Shown here: piece after piece, positions 1-12,300 of the stretch
Numbering within the stretch: the stretch's first letter is position 1
Layout: every line of letters starts with the position of its first letter
NCBI GenBank assembly: GCA_964016885.1
Contig: CAXHJY010000346.1
Span: 1 to 64,000 of the forward strand
Reading direction: 5' to 3'
Origin: Eledone cirrhosa
Lineage: Eukaryota
DNA: 64,000 nt
Notes under the pieces: generated by a model
The model's database searches: none
Seen by the model: only the letters and a program-made list of their open reading frames with translations
Told to the model about the DNA's origin: nothing
Position numbers and translations under genes: made by a program

Positions 1-454
1 GATATCTTGCTGAAATTCACGCCACCCATAGCCAATGAGTGTCTGCACAGGTACCAGTAATTACAGAACGATCCGACCACGTGCGGCCGGCCCGCGATTG
101 AAAAGGTAACTCCGCCGGCAAATCGTCATTTTTGGATTCGTTTTCTTCGAAGCACACCATTCGCCGGCAGACTTTGTTGACGTTTAACACGGTTTGGTTC
201 CACAGCCACAACTATTGATTTTACGGAGATATCTTGCTGAAATTCACGCCACACATAGCCAATGAGTGTCTGCACATGTACCAGTAATTACAGATCGATC
301 CGACCACGGGCGGCCGGCCCGCGATTGAAAAGGTAACTCCGCCGGCAAATCGTCATTTTTGGATTCGTTTTCTTCGAAGCACACCATTCGCCGGCGGACT
401 TTGTTGACGTTTAACACGGTTTGGTTCCACAGCCACAACTATTGATTTTACGGA

Positions 455-3400
455 GATATCTTGCTGAAATTCACGCCACCCATAGCCAATGAGTGTCTGC
501 ACATGTACCAGTAATTACAGATCGATCCGACCACGGGCGGCCGGCCCGCGATTGAAAAGGTAACTCCGCCGGCAAATCGTCATTTTTGGATTCGTTTTCT
601 TCGAAGCACACCATTCGCCGGCGGACTTTGCTGACGTTTAACACGGTTTGGTTCCACAGCCACAACTATTGATTTTACGGAGATATCTTGCTGAAATTCA
701 CGCCACCCATAGCCAATGAGTGTCTGCACAGGTACCAGTAATTACAGATCGATCCGACCACGGGCGGCCGGCCCGCGATTGAAAAGGTAACTCCGCCGGC
801 AAATCGTCATTTTTGGATTCGTTTTCTTCGAAGCACACCATTCGCCGGCGGACTTTGTTGACGTTTAACACGGTTTGGTTCCACAGCCACAACTATTGAT
901 TTTACGGAGATATCTTGCTGAAATTCACGCCACCCATAGCCAATGAGTGTCTGCACATGTACCAGTAATTACAGATCGATCCGACCACGGGCGGCCGGCC
1001 CGCGATTGAAAAGGTAACTCCGCCGGCAAATCGTCATTTTTGGATTCGTTTTCTTCGAAGCACACCATTCGCCGGCGGACTTTGCTGACGTTTAACACGG
1101 TTTGGTTCCACAGCCACAACTATTGATTTTACGGAGATATCTTGCTGAAATTCACGCCACCCATAGCCAATGAGTGTCTGCACATCTACCAGTAATTACA
1201 GATCGATCCGACCACGGGCGGCCGGCCCGCGATTGAAAAGGTAACTCCGCCGGCAAATCGTCATTTTTGGATTCGTTTTCTTCGAAGCACACCATTCGCC
1301 GGCGGACTTTGTTGACGTTTAACACGGTTTGGTTCCACAGCCACAACTATTGATTTTACGGAGATATCTTGCTGAAATTCACGCCACCCATAGCCAATGA
1401 GTGTCTGCACATGTACCAGTAATTACAGATCGATCCGACCACGGGCGGCCGGCCCGCGATTGAAAAGGTAACTCCGCCGGCAAATCGTCATTTTTGGATT
1501 CGTTTTCTTCGAAGCACACCATTCGCCGGCGGACTTTGCTGACGTTTAACACGGTTTGGTTCCACAGCCACAACTATTGATTTTACGGAGATATCTTGCT
1601 GAAATTCACGCCACCCATAGCCAATGAGTGTCTGCACAGGTACCAGTAATTACAGATCGATCCGACCACGGGCGGCCGGCCCGCGATTGAAAAGGTAACT
1701 CCGCCGGCAAATCGTCATTTTTGGATTCGTTTTCTTCGAAGCACACCATTCGCCGGCGGACTTTGTTGACGTTTAACACGGTTTGGTTCCACAGCCACAA
1801 CTATTGATTTTACGGAGATATCTTGCTGAAATTCACGCCACCCATAGCCAATGAGTGTCTGCACATGTACCAGTAATTACAGATCGATCCGACCACGGGC
1901 GGCCGGCCCGCGATTGAAAAGGTAACTCCGCCGGCAAATCGTCATTTTTGGATTCGTTTTCTTCGAAGCACACCATTCGCCGGCGGACTTTGCTGACGTT
2001 TAACACGGTTTGGTTCCACAGCCACAACTATTGATTTTACGGAGATATCTTGCTGAAATTCACGCCACACATAGCCAATGAGTGTCTGCACATGTACCAG
2101 TAATTACAGATCGATCCGACCATGGGCGGCCGGCCCGCGATTGAAAAGGTAACTCCGCCGGCAAATCGTCATTTTTGGATTCGTTTTCTTCGAAGCACAC
2201 CATTTGCCGGCGGACTTTGCTGACGTTTAACACGGTTTGGTTCCACAGCCACAACTATTGATTTTACGGAGATATCTTGCTGAAATTCACGCCACCCATA
2301 GCCAATGAGTGTCTGCACATGTACCAGTAATTACAGATCGATCCGACCACGGGCGGCCGGCCCGCGATTGAAAAGGTAACTCCGCCGGCAAATCGTCATT
2401 TTTGGATTCGTTTTCTTCGAAGCACACCATTCGCCGGCGGACTTTGCTGACGTTTAACACGGTTTGGTTCCACAGCCACAACTATTGATTTTACGGAGAT
2501 ATCTTGCTGAAATTCACGCCACACATAGCCAATGAGTGTCTGCACATGTACCAGTAATTACAGATCGATCCGACCACGGGCGGCCGGCCCGCGATTGAAA
2601 AGGTAACTCCGCCGGCAAATCGTCATTTTTGGATTCGTTTTCTTCGAAGCACACCATTCGCCGGCAGACTTTGTTGACGTTTAACACGGTTTGGTTCCAC
2701 AGCCACAACTATTGATTTTACGGAGATATCTTGCTGAAATTCACGCCACACATAGCCAATGAGTGTCTGCACATGTACCAGTAATTACAGATCGATCCGA
2801 CCACGGGCGGCCGGCCCGCGATTGAAAAGGTAACTCCGCCGGCAAATCGTCATTTTTGGATTCGTTTTCTTCGAAGCACACCATTCGCCGGCGGACTTTG
2901 TTGACGTTTAACACGGTTTGGTTCCACAGCCACAACTATTGATTTTACGGAGATATCTTGCTGAAATTCACGCCACCCATAGCCAATGAGTGTCTGCACA
3001 TGTACCAGTAATTACAGATCGATCCGACCACGGGCGGCCGGCCCGCGATTGAAAAGGTAACTCCGCCGGCAAATCGTCATTTTTGGATTCGTTTTCTTCG
3101 AAGCACACCATTCGCCGGCGGACTTTGCTGACGTTTAACACGGTTTGGTTCCACAGCCACAACTATTGATTTTACGGAGATATCTTGCTGAAATTCACGC
3201 CACCCATAGCCAATGAGTGTCTGCACAGGTACCAGTAATTACAGATCGATCCGACCACGGGCGGCCGGCCCGCGATTGAAAAGGTAACTCCGCCGGCAAA
3301 TCGTCATTTTTGGATTCGTTTTCTTCGAAGCACACCATTCGCCGGCGGACTTTGTTGACGTTTAACACGGTTTGGTTCCACAGCCACAACTATTGATTTT

Positions 3401-6400
3401 ACGGAGATATCTTGCTGAAATTCACGCCACCCATAGCCAATGAGTGTCTGCACATGTACCAGTAATTACAGATCGATCCGACCACGGGCGGCCGGCCCGC
3501 GATTGAAAAGGTAACTCCGCCGGCAAATCGTCATTTTTGGATTCGTTTTCTTCGAAGCACACCATTCGCCGGCGGACTTTGTTGACGTTTAACACGGTTT
3601 GGTTCCACAGCCACAACTATTGATTTTACGGAGATATCTTGCTGAAATTCACGCCACCCATAGCCAATGAGTGTCTGCACATGTACCAGTAATTACAGAT
3701 CGATCCGACCACGGGCGGCCGGCCCGCGATTGAAAAGGTAACTCCGCCGGCAAATCGTCATTTTTGGATTCGTTTTCTTCGAAGCACACCATTCGCCGGC
3801 GGACTTTGCTGACGTTTAACACGGTTTGGTTCCACAGCCACAACTATTGATTTTACGGAGATATCTTGCTGAAATTCACGCCACCCATAGCCAATGAGTG
3901 TCTGCACAGGTACCAGTAATTACAGATCGATCCGACCACGGGCGGCCGGCCCGCGATTGAAAAGGTAACTCCGCCGGCAAATCGTCATTTTTGGATTCGT
4001 TTTCTTCGAAGCACACCATTCGCCGGCGGACTTTGTTGACGTTTAACACGGTTTGGTTCCACAGCCACAACTATTGATTTTACGGAGATATCTTGCTGAA
4101 ATTCACGCCACCCATAGCCAATGAGTGTCTGCACATGTACCAGTAATTACAGATCGATCCGACCACGGGCGGCCGGCCCGCGATTGAAAAGGTAACTCCG
4201 CCGGCAAATCGTCATTTTTGGATTCGTTTTCTTCGAAGCACACCATTCGCCGGCGGACTTTGCTGACGTTTAACACGGTTTGGTTCCACAGCCACAACTA
4301 TTGATTTTACGGAGATATCTTGCTGAAATTCACGCCACCCATAGCCAATGAGTGTCTGCACATCTACCAGTAATTACAGATCGATCCGACCACGGGCGGC
4401 CGGCCCGCGATTGAAAAGGTAACTCCGCCGGCAAATCGTCATTTTTGGATTCGTTTTCTTCGAAGCACACCATTCGCCGGCGGACTTTGTTGACGTTTAA
4501 CACGGTTTGGTTCCACAGCCACAACTATTGATTTTACGGAGATATCTTGCTGAAATTCACGCCACCCATAGCCAATGAGTGTCTGCACATGTACCAGTAA
4601 TTACAGATCGATCCGACCACGGGCGGCCGGCCCGCGATTGAAAAGGTAACTCCGCCGGCAAATCGTCATTTTTGGATTCGTTTTCTTCGAAGCACACCAT
4701 TCGCCGGCGGACTTTGCTGACGTTTAACACGGTTTGGTTCCACAGCCACAACTATTGATTTTACGGAGATATCTTGCTGAAATTCACGCCACCCATAGCC
4801 AATGAGTGTCTGCACAGGTACCAGTAATTACAGATCGATCCGACCACGGGCGGCCGGCCCGCGATTGAAAAGGTAACTCCGCCGGCAAATCGTCATTTTT
4901 GGATTCGTTTTCTTCGAAGCACACCATTCGCCGGCGGACTTTGTTGACGTTTAACACGGTTTGGTTCCACAGCCACAACTATTGATTTTACGGAGATATC
5001 TTGCTGAAATTCACGCCACCCATAGCCAATGAGTGTCTGCACATGTACCAGTAATTACAGATCGATCCGACCACGGGCGGCCGGCCCGCGATTGAAAAGG
5101 TAACTCCGCCGGCAAATCGTCATTTTTGGATTCGTTTTCTTCGAAGCACACCATTCGCCGGCGGACTTTGCTGACGTTTAACACGGTTTGGTTCCACAGC
5201 CACAACTATTGATTTTACGGAGATATCTTGCTGAAATTCACGCCACACATAGCCAATGAGTGTCTGCACATGTACCAGTAATTACAGATCGATCCGACCA
5301 TGGGCGGCCGGCCCGCGATTGAAAAGGTAACTCCGCCGGCAAATCGTCATTTTTGGATTCGTTTTCTTCGAAGCACACCATTTGCCGGCGGACTTTGCTG
5401 ACGTTTAACACGGTTTGGTTCCACAGCCACAACTATTGATTTTACGGAGATATCTTGCTGAAATTCACGCCACCCATAGCCAATGAGTGTCTGCACATGT
5501 ACCAGTAATTACAGATCGATCCGACCACGGGCGGCCGGCCCGCGATTGAAAAGGTAACTCCGCCGGCAAATCGTCATTTTTGGATTCGTTTTCTTCGAAG
5601 CACACCATTCGCCGGCGGACTTTGCTGACGTTTAACACGGTTTGGTTCCACAGCCACAACTATTGATTTTACGGAGATATCTTGCTGAAATTCACGCCAC
5701 ACATAGCCAATGAGTGTCTGCACATGTACCAGTAATTACAGATCGATCCGACCACGGGCGGCCGGCCCGCGATTGAAAAGGTAACTCCGCCGGCAAATCG
5801 TCATTTTTGGATTCGTTTTCTTCGAAGCACACCATTCGCCGGCAGACTTTGTTGACGTTTAACACGGTTTGGTTCCACAGCCACAACTATTGATTTTACG
5901 GAGATATCTTGCTGAAATTCACGCCACACATAGCCAATGAGTGTCTGCACATGTACCAGTAATTACAGATCGATCCGACCACGGGCGGCCGGCCCGCGAT
6001 TGAAAAGGTAACTCCGCCGGCAAATCGTCATTTTTGGATTCGTTTTCTTCGAAGCACACCATTCGCCGGCGGACTTTGTTGACGTTTAACACGGTTTGGT
6101 TCCACAGCCACAACTATTGATTTTACGGAGATATCTTGCTGAAATTCACGCCACCCATAGCCAATGAGTGTCTGCACATGTACCAGTAATTACAGATCGA
6201 TCCGACCACGGGCGGCCGGCCCGCGATTGAAAAGGTAACTCCGCCGGCAAATCGTCATTTTTGGATTCGTTTTCTTCGAAGCACACCATTCGCCGGCGGA
6301 CTTTGCTGACGTTTAACACGGTTTGGTTCCACAGCCACAACTATTGATTTTACGGAGATATCTTGCTGAAATTCACGCCACCCATAGCCAATGAGTGTCT

Positions 6401-6583
6401 GCACAGGTACCAGTAATTACAGATCGATCCGACCACGGGCGGCCGGCCCGCGATTGAAAAGGTAACTCCGCCGGCAAATCGTCATTTTTGGATTCGTTTT
6501 CTTCGAAGCACACCATTCGCCGGCGGACTTTGTTGACGTTTAACACGGTTTGGTTCCACAGCCACAACTATTGATTTTACGGA
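455..6583. repeat. Tandem block duplication, period 14 monomers (3178 bp)
   Basis: Monomer types 3-15 (455-3405) repeat as 17-29 (3633-6583). The private variant C80T occurs only at 2123 and 5301. The recombinant 26A+169A monomer occurs only at 2498 and 5676. Both pairs are 3178 bp apart. Confidence 0.9.
2154..2214. repeat. Intra-monomer inverted repeat (13-bp arms, 35-nt spacer; monomer positions 111-123 and 159-171), present in every copy; a perfect example is given
   Basis: TCCGCCGGCAAAT ... ATTTGCCGGCGGA is a perfect 13/13 match in C162T copies and 12/13 in the consensus (ATTCGCCGGCGGA). Confidence 0.85.
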
Positions 6584-9307
6584 GATATCTTGCTGAAATT
6601 CACGCCACCCATAGCCAATGAGTGTCTGCACATGTACCAGTAATTACAGATCGATCCGACCACGGGCGGCCGGCCCGCGATTGAAAAGGTAACTCCGCCG
6701 GCAAATCGTCATTTTTGGATTCGTTTTCTTCGAAGCACACCATTCGCCGGCGGACTTTGCTGACGTTTAACACGGTTTGGTTCCACAGCCACAACTATTG
6801 ATTTTACGGAGATATCTTGCTGAAATTCACGCCACCCATAGCCAATGAGTGTCTGCACATCTACCAGTAATTACAGATCGATCCGACCACGGGCGGCCGG
6901 CCCGCGATTGAAAAGGTAACTCCGCCGGCAAATCGTCATTTTTGGATTCGTTTTCTTCGAAGCACACCATTCGCCGGCGGACTTTGTTGACGTTTAACAC
7001 GGTTTGGTTCCACAGCCACAACTATTGATTTTACGGAGATATCTTGCTGAAATTCACGCCACCCATAGCCAATGAGTGTCTGCACATGTACCAGTAATTA
7101 CAGATCGATCCGACCACGGGCGGCCGGCCCGCGATTGAAAAGGTAACTCCGCCGGCAAATCGTCATTTTTGGATTCGTTTTCTTCGAAGCACACCATTCG
7201 CCGGCGGACTTTGCTGACGTTTAACACGGTTTGGTTCCACAGCCACAACTATTGATTTTACGGAGATATCTTGCTGAAATTCACGCCACCCATAGCCAAT
7301 GAGTGTCTGCACAGGTACCAGTAATTACAGATCGATCCGACCACGGGCGGCCGGCCCGCGATTGAAAAGGTAACTCCGCCGGCAAATCGTCATTTTTGGA
7401 TTCGTTTTCTTCGAAGCACACCATTCGCCGGCGGACTTTGTTGACGTTTAACACGGTTTGGTTCCACAGCCACAACTATTGATTTTACGGAGATATCTTG
7501 CTGAAATTCACGCCACCCATAGCCAATGAGTGTCTGCACATGTACCAGTAATTACAGATCGATCCGACCACGGGCGGCCGGCCCGCGATTGAAAAGGTAA
7601 CTCCGCCGGCAAATCGTCATTTTTGGATTCGTTTTCTTCGAAGCACACCATTCGCCGGCGGACTTTGCTGACGTTTAACACGGTTTGGTTCCACAGCCAC
7701 AACTATTGATTTTACGGAGATATCTTGCTGAAATTCACGCCACACATAGCCAATGAGTGTCTGCACATGTACCAGTAATTACAGATCGATCCGACCACGG
7801 GCGGCCGGCCCGCGATTGAAAAGGTAACTCCGCCGGCAAATCGTCATTTTTGGATTCGTTTTCTTCGAAGCACACCATTTGCCGGCGGACTTTGCTGACG
7901 TTTAACACGGTTTGGTTCCACAGCCACAACTATTGATTTTACGGAGATATCTTGCTGAAATTCACGCCACACATAGCCAATGAGTGTCTGCACATGTACC
8001 AGTAATTACAGATCGATCCGACCACGGGCGGCCGGCCCGCGATTGAAAAGGTAACTCCGCCGGCAAATCGTCATTTTTGGATTCGTTTTCTTCGAAGCAC
8101 ACCATTCGCCGGCGGACTTTGTTGACGTTTAACACGGTTTGGTTCCACAGCCACAACTATTGATTTTACGGAGATATCTTGCTGAAATTCACGCCACCCA
8201 TAGCCAATGAGTGTCTGCACAGGTACCAGTAATTACAGAACGATCCGACCACGTGCGGCCGGCCCGCGATTGAAAAGGTAACTCCGCCGGCAAATCGTCA
8301 TTTTTGGATTCGTTTTCTTCGAAGCACACCATTCGCCGGCAGACTTTGTTGACGTTTAACACGGTTTGGTTCCACAGCCACAACTATTGATTTTACGGAG
8401 ATATCTTGCTGAAATTCACGCCACACATAGCCAATGAGTGTCTGCACATGTACCAGTAATTACAGATCGATCCGACCACGGGCGGCCGGCCCGCGATTGA
8501 AAAGGTAACTCCGCCGGCAAATCGTCATTTTTGGATTCGTTTTCTTCGAAGCACACCATTCGCCGGCGGACTTTGTTGACGTTTAACACGGTTTGGTTCC
8601 ACAGCCACAACTATTGATTTTACGGAGATATCTTGCTGAAATTCACGCCACCCATAGCCAATGAGTGTCTGCACATGTACCAGTAATTACAGATCGATCC
8701 GACCACGGGCGGCCGGCCCGCGATTGAAAAGGTAACTCCGCCGGCAAATCGTCATTTTTGGATTCGTTTTCTTCGAAGCACACCATTCGCCGGCGGACTT
8801 TGCTGACGTTTAACACGGTTTGGTTCCACAGCCACAACTATTGATTTTACGGAGATATCTTGCTGAAATTCACGCCACCCATAGCCAATGAGTGTCTGCA
8901 CAGGTACCAGTAATTACAGATCGATCCGACCACGGGCGGCCGGCCCGCGATTGAAAAGGTAACTCCGCCGGCAAATCGTCATTTTTGGATTCGTTTTCTT
9001 CGAAGCACACCATTCGCCGGCGGACTTTGTTGACGTTTAACACGGTTTGGTTCCACAGCCACAACTATTGATTTTACGGAGATATCTTGCTGAAATTCAC
9101 GCCACCCATAGCCAATGAGTGTCTGCACATGTACCAGTAATTACAGATCGATCCGACCACGGGCGGCCGGCCCGCGATTGAAAAGGTAACTCCGCCGGCA
9201 AATCGTCATTTTTGGATTCGTTTTCTTCGAAGCACACCATTCGCCGGCGGACTTTGTTGACGTTTAACACGGTTTGGTTCCACAGCCACAACTATTGATT
9301 TTACGGA

Positions 9308-12300
9308 GATATCTTGCTGAAATTCACGCCACCCATAGCCAATGAGTGTCTGCACATGTACCAGTAATTACAGATCGATCCGACCACGGGCGGCCGGCCC
9401 GCGATTGAAAAGGTAACTCCGCCGGCAAATCGTCATTTTTGGATTCGTTTTCTTCGAAGCACACCATTCGCCGGCGGACTTTGCTGACGTTTAACACGGT
9501 TTGGTTCCACAGCCACAACTATTGATTTTACGGAGATATCTTGCTGAAATTCACGCCACCCATAGCCAATGAGTGTCTGCACAGGTACCAGTAATTACAG
9601 ATCGATCCGACCACGGGCGGCCGGCCCGCGATTGAAAAGGTAACTCCGCCGGCAAATCGTCATTTTTGGATTCGTTTTCTTCGAAGCACACCATTCGCCG
9701 GCGGACTTTGTTGACGTTTAACACGGTTTGGTTCCACAGCCACAACTATTGATTTTACGGAGATATCTTGCTGAAATTCACGCCACCCATAGCCAATGAG
9801 TGTCTGCACATGTACCAGTAATTACAGATCGATCCGACCACGGGCGGCCGGCCCGCGATTGAAAAGGTAACTCCGCCGGCAAATCGTCATTTTTGGATTC
9901 GTTTTCTTCGAAGCACACCATTCGCCGGCGGACTTTGCTGACGTTTAACACGGTTTGGTTCCACAGCCACAACTATTGATTTTACGGAGATATCTTGCTG
10001 AAATTCACGCCACCCATAGCCAATGAGTGTCTGCACATCTACCAGTAATTACAGATCGATCCGACCACGGGCGGCCGGCCCGCGATTGAAAAGGTAACTC
10101 CGCCGGCAAATCGTCATTTTTGGATTCGTTTTCTTCGAAGCACACCATTCGCCGGCGGACTTTGTTGACGTTTAACACGGTTTGGTTCCACAGCCACAAC
10201 TATTGATTTTACGGAGATATCTTGCTGAAATTCACGCCACCCATAGCCAATGAGTGTCTGCACATGTACCAGTAATTACAGATCGATCCGACCACGGGCG
10301 GCCGGCCCGCGATTGAAAAGGTAACTCCGCCGGCAAATCGTCATTTTTGGATTCGTTTTCTTCGAAGCACACCATTCGCCGGCGGACTTTGCTGACGTTT
10401 AACACGGTTTGGTTCCACAGCCACAACTATTGATTTTACGGAGATATCTTGCTGAAATTCACGCCACCCATAGCCAATGAGTGTCTGCACAGGTACCAGT
10501 AATTACAGATCGATCCGACCACGGGCGGCCGGCCCGCGATTGAAAAGGTAACTCCGCCGGCAAATCGTCATTTTTGGATTCGTTTTCTTCGAAGCACACC
10601 ATTCGCCGGCGGACTTTGTTGACGTTTAACACGGTTTGGTTCCACAGCCACAACTATTGATTTTACGGAGATATCTTGCTGAAATTCACGCCACCCATAG
10701 CCAATGAGTGTCTGCACAGGTACCAGTAATTACAGAACGATCCGACCACGTGCGGCCGGCCCGCGATTGAAAAGGTAACTCCGCCGGCAAATCGTCATTT
10801 TTGGATTCGTTTTCTTCGAAGCACACCATTCGCCGGCAGACTTTGTTGACGTTTAACACGGTTTGGTTCCACAGCCACAACTATTGATTTTACGGAGATA
10901 TCTTGCTGAAATTCACGCCACACATAGCCAATGAGTGTCTGCACATGTACCAGTAATTACAGATCGATCCGACCACGGGCGGCCGGCCCGCGATTGAAAA
11001 GGTAACTCCGCCGGCAAATCGTCATTTTTGGATTCGTTTTCTTCGAAGCACACCATTCGCCGGCGGACTTTGTTGACGTTTAACACGGTTTGGTTCCACA
11101 GCCACAACTATTGATTTTACGGAGATATCTTGCTGAAATTCACGCCACCCATAGCCAATGAGTGTCTGCACATGTACCAGTAATTACAGATCGATCCGAC
11201 CACGGGCGGCCGGCCCGCGATTGAAAAGGTAACTCCGCCGGCAAATCGTCATTTTTGGATTCGTTTTCTTCGAAGCACACCATTCGCCGGCGGACTTTGC
11301 TGACGTTTAACACGGTTTGGTTCCACAGCCACAACTATTGATTTTACGGAGATATCTTGCTGAAATTCACGCCACCCATAGCCAATGAGTGTCTGCACAG
11401 GTACCAGTAATTACAGATCGATCCGACCACGGGCGGCCGGCCCGCGATTGAAAAGGTAACTCCGCCGGCAAATCGTCATTTTTGGATTCGTTTTCTTCGA
11501 AGCACACCATTCGCCGGCGGACTTTGTTGACGTTTAACACGGTTTGGTTCCACAGCCACAACTATTGATTTTACGGAGATATCTTGCTGAAATTCACGCC
11601 ACCCATAGCCAATGAGTGTCTGCACATGTACCAGTAATTACAGATCGATCCGACCACGGGCGGCCGGCCCGCGATTGAAAAGGTAACTCCGCCGGCAAAT
11701 CGTCATTTTTGGATTCGTTTTCTTCGAAGCACACCATTCGCCGGCGGACTTTGCTGACGTTTAACACGGTTTGGTTCCACAGCCACAACTATTGATTTTA
11801 CGGAGATATCTTGCTGAAATTCACGCCACCCATAGCCAATGAGTGTCTGCACATCTACCAGTAATTACAGATCGATCCGACCACGGGCGGCCGGCCCGCG
11901 ATTGAAAAGGTAACTCCGCCGGCAAATCGTCATTTTTGGATTCGTTTTCTTCGAAGCACACCATTCGCCGGCGGACTTTGTTGACGTTTAACACGGTTTG
12001 GTTCCACAGCCACAACTATTGATTTTACGGAGATATCTTGCTGAAATTCACGCCACCCATAGCCAATGAGTGTCTGCACATGTACCAGTAATTACAGATC
12101 GATCCGACCACGGGCGGCCGGCCCGCGATTGAAAAGGTAACTCCGCCGGCAAATCGTCATTTTTGGATTCGTTTTCTTCGAAGCACACCATTCGCCGGCG
12201 GACTTTGCTGACGTTTAACACGGTTTGGTTCCACAGCCACAACTATTGATTTTACGGAGATATCTTGCTGAAATTCACGCCACCCATAGCCAATGAGTGT

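Noticed and set aside
85-120. HDV-like ribozyme (GGCCGGC ... GCCGGC resembles the P1 helix)
   Set aside because: GCCGGC is self-complementary, so the pairing is trivial. I could not find the G-U closing pair, P1.1, P2 or P3 elements.
136-152. CENP-B box-like ATTCGTTTTCTTCGAAG
   Set aside because: Only 6 of the 9 essential bases of NTTCGNNNNANNCGGGN match, which is insufficient for a call.
111-171. Hammerhead ribozyme or retrozyme-type satellite (minus strand has GCCGGC-GAAT ... ATGACGA-TTT-GCCGGC)
   Set aside because: The catalytic core needs CUGANGA and GAAA directly flanking stem II. Here they read AUGACGA and GAAU with three extra bases, and stems I and III cannot be formed. The plus-strand CTGACGT also fails.
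1-227. 5S rRNA, tRNA or snRNA gene repeat (unit size is compatible; GGTTCCACAGCC at 196-207 is vaguely B-box-like)
   Set aside because: There is no similarity to 5S or U snRNA sequences that I know on either strand, no cloverleaf, and the B-box match is degenerate with no A box.
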